Positions 1 to 10,232 of a DNA stretch of 64,000 nt are shown here, piece after piece. The DNA comes from Geosiphon pyriformis uo1 (Eukaryota; Fungi; Glomeromycota): positions 1 through 64,000 of the forward strand of contig JAAOMT010000703.1 of the NCBI GenBank assembly GCA_016748015.1. Direction: 5' to 3'. The position numbers were made by a program, and so were the translations under genes. The first letter of the stretch is position 1, and each line of letters opens with the position of its first letter. The notes under the pieces are model-generated. The model had not been told where the DNA came from, ran no database searches, and saw only the letters and a list, made by a program, of their open reading frames with translations.

Positions 1-414
1 TTTTTTTTTTTTTCTTTATTTTTTTTTTGTGGAACAACAACATAATAAAATCGACTGTCTAAAAATAGACTATATGATAGTCTGGTAAAAGAAAAAAGCT
101 TCTTTTAAGTTTTGGATATTAACATTATTTTGGTAGCTTACTAAAAGGGCAATAAAACAACATCAGACTCTAACAACTCTGCTTATTAGCTTAAAAAAAA
201 TAGCTCACATTTATAAAAAGTTGCAATTAGTAAAAACCAAACCTCTGTGTCTTATAACCAAAGAACTCAACAAGTAAATTCACAACCAGTAGATAAAATC
301 TTCAAAGACTAATAATCAAGACTAAGTTAATAAAATTATACAAAACACATATTATTGATAATTAAAAGCACTAAACATTACTATTTCCCTACTCTACCAA
401 GTTTATTCATAACA
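1..414 (+). repeat. 5' LTR of element A (partial)
   Basis: Ends ...TAACA followed by TT and PBS; homologous to the 3' LTR. Confidence 0.9.
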
Positions 415-416
415 TT

Positions 417-433
417 TGGTGCTCTCTGTAAGG
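417..433 (+). promoter_or_regulatory. Primer binding site of A (probably tRNA-Ile)
   Basis: TGGTGCTCTCTGTAAGG 2 nt after the LTR end; complement of a tRNA 3' end ...GAGCACCA. Confidence 0.8.
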
Positions 434-475
434 TTATAAATTCACAAAGACAGAGCACTCTAAAGATTTACAAAA

Positions 476-1421
476 GTGACAACTATTAAAACAGTAAAAA
501 AGGATCACATCCTATATAGAAGAGCATTATTTCAACACTTTCAGGAAGACTTAGAAATATTTACAGAAACTGTTATTGCAGAAAACCAATTTTGTAACTA
601 TTTGTATGTGAAAATTGACTGCTTTCCAGACCAAACAACAAACACTAGAAAACATGAAGAACAAATTCATTAAAAATTATTAGTCTACTCAATAAATACC
701 ACTACTTAAGCCATAGCCAAAATTCTTTATATACTTAATAAAAACATTGAGTACTATATGAAAAAACATTACTCTTAAGTAAAACAACTAGCAAGACCCA
801 ATCCTGAAAAATATGAGTCTGAACACAATAGCACAGCAGCTGCATGAAAACAAGCTTATTCTATAGTCAACAAGAAACCAAGATTTCTTTCCTTAATAAC
901 TCTATTATATTATTAGACACCAGAAAATAGAATTGTATTTAATTCAACCATAAAAACCCAGGCAGAAACATCATAAACTCCTAAAAATTAACACTGATGG
1001 GGTTACAACAGTTGGACCAGATCCTTAGGAGAATATGAATTATTATTCGGAAATCTCATCTCAACAATCAATAAAACAGATAGAAATACATTAACATGAG
1101 AATCACTACCAACCCAATTCTTGACTGAATTATTAACTATCTCCTCTAAAGAAACAGCTATCCTTCAGTTTATTGAGAAAATTAACAAAAAAAAACAACC
1201 AGAATTAGCACCAGAAGAACTCTCTAGTACGCAAACTCCAAATCACTTAGCATCAACTAGTAAGACTCCATCTACCTACCAGATTATAACTTACTGAGAT
1301 ATTACCAAATTAAAAAAATTTTAAAAAGAAAAAAACAACACATACTTGTAGATTGCAGAAGCTAAGAAAACAATTACTGTCAACAATTAGAATAATAACA
1401 GAGCCCATTTTTTTTGACTGG
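476..1421 (+). pseudogene. A gag, N-terminal part
   Basis: Similar to gag of element D (LFQH; IAKLEKF; AKKTITVNN*NNNRA); stops and indels. Confidence 0.8.
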
Positions 1422-2307
1422 TATTACTAGTTTTTGGTCTCTTTTTTTAAATGTTATTACTGTTTGTCTGTTGCTAATTTCACGTTTTCTGGAAGCAGTT
1501 GAATCTTTAATAACTGAATTTATCTTTAAATTATCTTCTATAATTTGAACTGCTGGGCTTATAAGTAGAATAGCCAATTTTGTGCCAGTTGCTTTATGTA
1601 GTTATGTTGTAGTAAACATCAACTCTTTCCAAGCAATTGTTTATCTGGAAACTCACTAAAAATGTATAGTTACTTTGCTGTAAAAGTCAACTCTTCTATA
1701 AGAATCTTGTTTGTAAGCTACTCTAATAATTGTACTAAGAAAAAAAAAGAAAAATAAAAGAAATGTAAAAAAAAATAGAATTTTGTTAAGAGAAACGTTT
1801 TCTATTTAGGTCTGGAGTTACTAACAGATTACTGAAATTGGTAGCTAATCAATTTTAAAATGTTAGTTGTGTTGAAAAAATTTCAAGTGTAATAATTTTA
1901 AGAATTTGGTTTTCGAATATTTAATTTTTATTTGATTTTGTAAAAAGTGATTTGTTCCAATTAAGATATTTGAAGTAAGTTACTATATTAAGATACTATA
2001 AGAAGATATGAGAAAATACATTTTTTTGAAGAGAAAAGCTCTTTTTTTATACAACTTGTTGTAATACTAGTCTTTGAACTTGCATTTTTCTTTTTGCTAC
2101 AATTTGGATAAACTAAAGATACATTTTGGCAAACTACAAATTATTTCACTGAACTATTGATTATTTCGGCTAATTTCATTAATTTCGACGAATTTTGACT
2201 ATATTAAATAGTTCAAGGTATTGTGTAATTTGATTATTTTATTTTTATGGTACAAATTGGATTATTGATTGAGTAATAATATTTGATAATTTGATTAAAT
2301 AATAAGT
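1422..2307 (-). repeat. 3' LTR of B (lacks its first ~95 bp)
   Basis: Near-identical to 9360-10134; joined directly to the integrase end. Confidence 0.9.
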
Positions 2308-5050
2308 TGTTCTATTATAACTATTGGTTTTAAATTTCGAGGAATATCTTCAGGATTAACTAAAAAAGAATGTTTACCAATTTGTGGAATTAATGGTTCA
2401 GGATTGTTTTTGGAATGATAATGTTTTAATTAATCTCTATGTGCAACTTTTGCTAGTATTTTGTCATCAAGTTTTAACTTGTATAATCTATGTCTAGAGT
2501 TTTATAAATATAAAATGGTCTATCCCATTTATGTTCAAATTTTTCATTCTATTGTTTTTCAGTCTTAGTTTTGTGTAAGAGAACTTTATTTCCAACTTTA
2601 AATTTGTTGGTAATTAGTAGCAGTTTGTTGTCATGTCTTTCTTTTTGTAAGGCTTGGAATGTTTAATATAAGTAACTATTATGTGTCTTTTTTCTTCCAA
2701 TGTACTAAGAAGAGTATAGACTCTTTTTTGAAGTGTTTTTTGAAAGTTTTCTTCATTGATTGGTTGCATTGAATATGTTTCCACTGTGAAATTAATTAAT
2801 AATATTGCTGTTTTTCCATAAGTAAGATCAAATAATCTGTGTTTTATAGTATCTTGTTTTAGTGTTCTGTATACTAATAACACTAATGAAATAAAAATAT
2901 CTTATTCTTGCTCAAAATTTGTTAAAACTTTGGCTAAGGATTCATACAATGTTTTGTTGAATATTGTATAAATCTATTTGTTTAAGGATAATAAGATAAT
3001 AATAAAAATCTTTTGACATTAAATCATTCACAAATTTTTTATATTAAGTTGTTTACAAAATGTGTTTTTTAATCAGATAGGAGTTTAATTGGGCATTTAT
3101 GTCTACAAATAATGTCTTTATAGATAAAATTTGCTACTGATTTTGTATTTGCTCTTTGGATGGCTCTAGCTTTAGGCCATTTGATAAGATAATCAACTAC
3201 AATTGCAATATAACAATTTTCTTGGGTTGTGATAGGTAATGGTTCGACTAAATTAATTCCAACTTTATTAAAAAATTGTCTAACTTTGATTGGATTTAAA
3301 GATTCTGTGGGGCAAGTTTCTTTTTTTCTTTGACAATTATCACAAGATTCTACATATTGTCAAATGTTTTTTTGCATGTGAGACCAAAAATAATGTTCAA
3401 GAGTTCTTTGAATTGTTCTATTTTTTCCCAAGTATGCTAAAAAAACATGTATGTACATGTTATATAGAATTGTTTTTTTTTGTTTTTTTGTACTAATCTG
3501 ATTGGTTAGTTTGGGTTTCTGTAATTTTTGTAATAAATTTTGTTGTGGTGTATGAAATAGTGTTTTGATTGGTATTGTAATTGATGTTTTTCACTTGGAA
3601 ACCAATTTTCTGGCATGGTAAGAGTTTTCAATAGTTTTTAAGATTGTTGTAATTTCTGAAATTTATTTTTGTTTTGTTATATTGTTGATGAGTTGGTAAG
3701 TTGTGATGGAATTGTTGTTGGTATTAATTTTGTCTTATTTTTGAGAGGCTATCAACATTGGTATGTAGTTTTTCTGGTTTGTAATATATAATATATTTGT
3801 AGTGTGCTAAGAAGTCATTTTATTAAGACTGTTTGGCATTTTGTTCAGTTTTCTTTTTATTGAGTTATTTGAAGTTAATATTGTCAGTTATAATATCAAT
3901 TTTTTTTTCATTCTTTAAGTATTGTTAAAAGTGTTTAAGAGCCCAAATAACTGTAATAGCTTCTAATTCAGTTGAGTCATATTTGAGTTCTGTTGGTTTG
4001 AGTGTTTTACTGACATAGACAATAACTTGTTCTTGGCCATTTTTATTCAATTGTAATAGGATGGCACCAAATGCTATGTATGAAGCATTAGTAGCTAGTT
4101 AGAACTGTTTGTTGAAGTTTGGGTAAACAAGAATTAGAACTGTTGTCAATTTTGTTTTAAGAGTTTCAAAAGCTTTTTGTTGTTCTTCAATCCATTTGTA
4201 TGGCATATTTTTGTTGATGAGATAATTAAGTAGTTTGGCAATCTTTGAGAATTCTTTAATAAATTTTTGAAAGTAAGAGACTAATCCCCTAAATCTTCAT
4301 AGTTCTGTGGTATTTTTGGAAGTTTGAAAGTTTTTGACAACACTGATTGTTCCAGGATTTAATTTAATTTCATCTTTGCTAACAATGTGTTCAAGGAAGA
4401 TTAAATTTGTTTTTCCAAAGTGACACTTTTTAATGTTTAATTTTAATTTTGCTTTCTATAATCATTGAAAAACTTCTTGCAAATAGATAAGATGAGCTTC
4501 AAAACTTGGTAAGTACACATTAGTGTTATTAAAATAGACAACTACTGATTGTTATAAAAATTCTTCATATACAACATCCATAAGTCACTGGAATGTTGCT
4601 GGTGCATTGCAAAATCCAAAAGACATAACATTGAATTCATAGTTTCTTCTTTGAATGATAAATGCTGTTTTGGATCAATCTTTTGAGTCCATTTCAATTT
4701 GCGAGTATCCACTTTCCAAGTCTAAAGTTAAAAAGAACTTGGCTTTTTCTAAAGCATCTAGCATGTCATTAATTCTTGGAAGAGGATAGGCATCTCTAAT
4801 TTTTATACTGTTCAATTGGCAATAGTCAACACAAAATCTGATTTTTCTATTTTTTTTTAACCAAAACTACTGGTAAGGCTCATGGACTTTTTGATGGTTG
4901 AATTAATCTGTTATTGAGCATTCTTTAGACCTTTTTACTGATGAAGTGGTGGCTAGCAAGTAGAATTCAATAAGTTTGTTGTTATTTTGATGGAGCATCT
5001 CCTGTATAGATCTAATGTTAAATAATGTTAGTTTTTCCCAAGTTATTGTT
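2308..5050 (-). pseudogene. B pol: RT (~4300-5050), RNase H (~3740-4140), integrase (~2310-3560)
   Basis: Decayed motifs IRFCVDYCQLN, DAYPLPRI, FNVMSFGFCNAPATFQ, VYFNN (YxDD), GINLVEPLP, WPKARAI. Confidence 0.92.
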
Positions 5051-5569
5051 GTCTTTTGCAAATATATCTGCAAATTTAACTATTAACTGTTTCAGTTGTT
5101 TTTGTTGTTAGAATTCTAAAGAATCTATATTGATTCAAGTGAGTTTTTTTTCTAAAAAGTAGTAGTTTTTAATAGTAAGGATGATGTTTGGATTTGAAAG
5201 TAGAGTATGTCTTACAATTTTGATAAAGTTGGAGACAATTTGAGGGTTTTCATCTTAAAAAATATTGCTGTATATGATTCCAATCTCTAATTTATTTAAT
5301 AAAACAATACAATAATTATTGGGGTTGTAGAATATAACTGGAAATTTCTTCATTTCTTTGGGAATATAAATATTTGGAATTGAAATTTCATGTTTTAAAC
5401 AGATTTGTTTATTGAATTCAAAGATTTGTTGAATAGTGGTAGGTTTTGAACAAGTGTAAATTTCGTAATGTTTTCCAAAAAGTGAAATGATAATTGGTTG
5501 AGGAAGTTAAAGAATCTGGTAAAATTCATGCTGTGTATTGAGAGCTATGTTTACTGGAACTGTAAATCG

Positions 5570-5990
5570 TCTAGTTGAACCAAAATTTTGAATTTTTCAT
5601 TCATTTTTTCCAATTGTTCTCTGTTGTTAACTAATTTTAAACCTGAAATGTTGATTAAGAATAGATAGATTGCTTGGGCAATTTTTTCAGCATGTTCAAT
5701 CTTAAATGATTTGTCTGTTTTATTTTGTAACATGATGGTAATGTCTCCAATATATCTTGCATCTATAACTTCTTCTTTGATATTGATTCCTTTGCTTGCC
5801 AATAATAATCAAAAAGCAATTTGTACTATTGCTCTTGGTGGTATTTCAAGAGCAATTTTGAGATTAATTTTGGTTAAGAATTTTGGTTGAAAAACCAAAG
5901 TGTCTTTGTCTAAATATCTTAAATCATATCCTGCATTAATTTTGTGAGCTTTTTCTGGTTTTATTCTTTGTTCATTGTTGTCAAAGTATT
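5570..5990 (-). pseudogene. B dUTPase domain
   Basis: AHKINAGYDL, ASKGINIKEEVIDARYIGDI, EKIAQAI match dUTPase motifs. Confidence 0.88.
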
Positions 5991-6129
5991 TGAGTTATAG
6001 AGCTGGTTGATTTTTAGTAAGATAGATTGGAGTTGTTGTAATTTTTTCTTCTGTCTCAGATTCTTTAAACTCAATTTCTTTCTGGTCATTTTTGTTGGAT
6101 AAGGAAATGCTAAGGGCATAGCATTCTAG

Positions 6130-7500
6130 ACACTATTTGTCATTACAAAACATGATGCATTCTTCACACAATTGAATGTTTATCTGCTCTAATTGTTGAA
6201 TTTGAGTTTCTTAAATCGGATATGTGTGACTTGCAATTTGGTGGTATGTTTCCATTTCATCTTTATAGTTGAATTTAGCTAATTCTATTGTATACTTAAT
6301 GTATTCAGCTTCTTTCATTTGGCAGACATCTTTTTGTGTGGCTCTATTAATTAAAGCTATTGTTAAATCAAAGATCATTTCAGCATTATAAAGATAGTGG
6401 TAAAGTTTATTGAGAACACTGTTGTATGCTGCATCAAATGGTGTTCTTCTTCTGACTTTTTTCAAAATTGATAGAGCATATTGGCAGGTTTGATTACATA
6501 CTCCTCTTCTCATTGCAACATCAATTCAGTTGTATTCTTCTGGTAGCATATTTTTACATGTAAGACAAAGAAATGTTGTTCTATTTTCTACTTCTTTTGG
6601 GATATCCAAATCGTTCTTTATAGCATGCTTTGCAAAAGTAGCAGGTGTGAGTTTCATATTTTTCTTCTTGAAAAATACATGCTCCCATGAATAAAAGTTT
6701 TTTTTTGTAATCTTTACATTTAAGTAGGATGTAAGGTAGTTGTTTTTATGATTCTGGTGTGGAATATTTAACTATATTCTATTCTCTGGTTTTCTCAAAG
6801 ATTTCTTGTTCTGTCTCTTTAGTCCAATTGGATGGTAATCTAAGAGCCATAAAGATTTCAGTAATTGGTAGTTCTTTCTTCTCTTCAAATTCAAATACTG
6901 GGGCCTTTTCAAATTTTTTATTAAAAGTACCACAGGTAACATGTGTTCTGGTGTATTGTCCTTGGTATGAAATCTTTAATTCTTAGATTTCCCAATCTAA
7001 ATTTGCATTGGTCTTAAGAAGCCAATAATTTCCAATGAGAGCTTGATATTGGAGTACATTCATAACTAAGACTTTGACTGGAATAGTAATTCTATCAATG
7101 ATAAATGAAAAGTTGTTAATTTCTCTTACTGGAATTTTTTTTATGCCATCAGCTGTAACAATTACTGTTTGAGCTGGTCTGTCAATGTTTTTTCCAAGCT
7201 GTTGTATTAATTGATAGGTAATAATGCTTCCAGCAGATCTACTGTTTAGAATTAAATGGATTTGTTTTCCTTTTACTTCAGCTTCTATATACATAGCAGT
7301 GATTGCTTTTTGTTTATTGACTGCTGTATTGTTAAGCAAAAATAGTAATTCATTGGCTTCAAACTCAAATGGAAATATATCTAAAAGATTGGTATTTTGA
7401 GCAATTTGAGCTAATAGAATAGTATTATTAGAAGAGTTTAATCTTGGTGCTGCAACTTTACATTCAGAAAGTACAGTTTGTTGAAAATCTAATTCTTCTG
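6130..7500 (-). pseudogene. B aspartic protease (~6930-7320) and downstream Cys-rich domain
   Basis: LILNSRSAGSII (decayed LILDSGS), QALIGNYWL; GVCNQTCQY and other CxxC motifs. Confidence 0.85.
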
Positions 7501-9518
7501 GCATTGTAAGATAACTGGGTTAAGTGTGATAGTAATTGGGTTTTTGCTAATCAAAATTTCGGAAAACTAACTAGTTGTTTGAGTTAATTCTGTTGGTATT
7601 ATTATTGAATTAATTTTGGGGTGTAAATTGGTTTTGTTGAGCCAATCTTCAGGCAAATACTTGGTATTGTTGTGTAAGTAGCTGCTGATACTGTTGAATT
7701 GGTAGAGGTTGTTAATATTGTTGTTGTAGAGCAGGTTAATAGTAATTGGTTTGCTGTAAAAGTCTTGAAAAATAGTAGGCTGGTAGTAGAGGCTGATAAT
7801 AAGATTGCTGTATTGAAAAGTAATATTGATTACTTCTGTTTTGTTGGTCTCTTTGTAGCTTTTTGTAGTTTTATTTCCAATGTCCTGGAATTTCACAATA
7901 ATAACAACTTTGGTTTTGACTGTTTAATAAGGATGAATAGTTGGTTTGGTTTTGTCATTGTGATGGCTAATATCTTTGTGATTGTAAAATAGTTTTCAAT
8001 CTTTTTTGTGAATTGGTCAATCTTTTTTTAAGCCATTAAGCTGGTTTCTTCAATAGCAAGATTTATAAGTTTGGTATGATTTGCTTCTTTTATTGCTATT
8101 TTATAGTTTTTTGCATGTCTAATGGCTATTGCTAAGTCTTTTAGAATATGTAAGCAAACTTTTTTAATTAACTTGTCTTTCAATCCTGCTATAAACTGAT
8201 TCAAAATCTGGACATTGAAATAGTATTTATTGGTTTTCAATTGTTAAATTTGTCAAAGAAGTTTGTTAAATCCCCCAAGATAGGTTATGACAGTTTCAGA
8301 TGTTTTTTGTTTAATATTGCAAAAGCAATTGCAGAGAGTAATAGAGATGTTGTTGTTAGTGAATTGTTGTAAGAAAGCATTTTTAAATGCTTGCCAGTTT
8401 TCAAATGGTTCTTCTAAGTTTTTAAATCATTCTCTTGCAGTTCTTTAAAGAAAGTATAAAATTGCTTTGAGCATTCTTGCTGCATTCTATTTATTTGCAT
8501 CTTCTGCTTTTTGAACTTTGTCAAACTATTCTTGAGGACTGGTATCATTATCTTCATCAATAAATTCTGAGATTTTTGCAATATAAGCAGTTGCCATTTT
8601 TTCTTTGTTTTCTGTAGTTTTTTTTTGTTCTAATTCAGTTTTCTCACTTTTCAAGTTCTCTGAAGAATTACTTTCATTTTTTTGTAAGTAATTAATAATA
8701 TTGGTGTTGATTGATATTGGTTTCTGCTGTTGAATAAGACTTTTAGGTGACTGAAAATCTTCTGGTCTTGAGAAATGGATAAGTAGTGAATTTGGTATTT
8801 GTAGTTGAGCAAATGAAATTAGAAATAGTGTAATAAAAAATGGTAATTTGATACTGGTTCCTTGTTCAGATGTTTACAAGTGTTTGGCAGTTGTCTTTGA
8901 TAGTATTGAAGTGTTTGGAGTGGTTTTTGGGTATTGTTTTACTTTTTGTTTGTCTTTGTTACTTGTTTTGGTTTCTGATTCAAAGTTAAAGGAGTATTTG
9001 AGTTGTACTAGATATTTTTTTTCACAATACTGAATAATGCTAAAGTTAAGTTCTTGAAAGTAGGTGGCAAGTGTTTCACTGTTAAGGTCTTCAGTTTTTA
9101 ATTGTGAATAGTACAATAAATTATTGTAGAGGTTGCTTCTAACTTCTAAAATGTTGTAGTTTTCTAAAAGATAATTGTTGATATGGTTTTCAATGTATCA
9201 GTATACTGATTTCTTGACAACTTCAATTCTGTCTGGAATGTTGAATCTTTGCTTGCAGTGAGTGTAAATTGACTGATAATACTTTAGAGTTGTTGTGTTT
9301 GATGTAATCACCACTTTGAAGTTGTTATTGTTGTGTTATTTCCATAAAAGAGCACCAAACATTACTGGAGGTTTTTGGTCTCTTTTCTTGAATGTTGTTA
9401 CTGTTTGTTTGTTGCTAATTTTACGTTTTCTGGAAGCAGTTGAACCTTCAATAACTGAATTTATCTTCAAATTATCTCCTATAATTTGAACTGCTGGGCT
9501 TATAAGTAGAATAACCAA
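7500..9518 (-). pseudogene. B gag (frame begins inside the LTR and crosses the PBS)
   Basis: ORFs 9336-9518, 8874-9116 and 8028-8240 share one frame; QILNQFIAGL capsid motif; decayed CCHC knuckle near 7870-7910. Confidence 0.82.
9342..9357 (-). promoter_or_regulatory. PBS of B
   Basis: TGGTGCTCTTTTATGG on the minus strand, 2 nt from the LTR. Confidence 0.8.
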
Positions 9519-10227
9519 TTCTATACCAGTTGCTTTATGTAGTTATGTTGTAGTAAATGTCAACTCTTTCCCAGCAATTGCTCATCTGAAAGCTTACTAA
9601 AAATGTGTAGTTACTTTGCTGTAAAAGTCAACTCTTCTATAAGAATCTTGTTTGTAAGCTACTCTAATAATTGTACTAAAAAAAAATAAAAATAAAAAAA
9701 ATGTAAAAGAAATAGAATTCTGTCAAGAGAAACGTTTTCTATTTAGGTCTGGAGTTACTAACAAATTACTGAAATTGATAGTTAATCAAGATATTTGAAG
9801 TAAGTTACTATGTTAAGATACTATGAGAAGATATGAGAAAATATTTTTTTTTGAAGAGAAAAGCTCTTTTTTTATACAACTTGTTGTAGTACTAGTCTTT
9901 GAACTTGCACTTTTCTCTTTGCTACAATTTGGATGAACTAAAGATACATTTTAGCAAACTACAAGTTATTTCACTGAACTATTGATTATTTCGGCCAATT
10001 TTTATTAATTTCGGCGAATTTTTACTATATTAAATAGTTCAGGGTATTGTGTAATTTGATCATTTTAATTTTTATGGTACAAATTGGATTATTGATTGAG
10101 TAATAATATTTGATAATTTGATTAAATAATAAGTGATAATCAAAATAATAATAATATGTGCTAATTAATAATAGGAATTATGAGGGTAATTTCATGTTAA
10201 TTAATAGCTAAAATTCTACTGGTAACA
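9360..10227 (-). repeat. 5' LTR of B
   Basis: Starts TGTTACCAG on the minus strand; adjacent PBS. Confidence 0.92.
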
Positions 10228-10232
10228 CCATA

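Larger units (their letters stand above)
1422..10227 (-). mobile_element. Ty3/gypsy element B nested in A gag
   Basis: LTR pair 1422-2307 and 9360-10227; A gag resumes at ~10233 (TADL*YQSLTEKPTNF). Confidence 0.93.
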
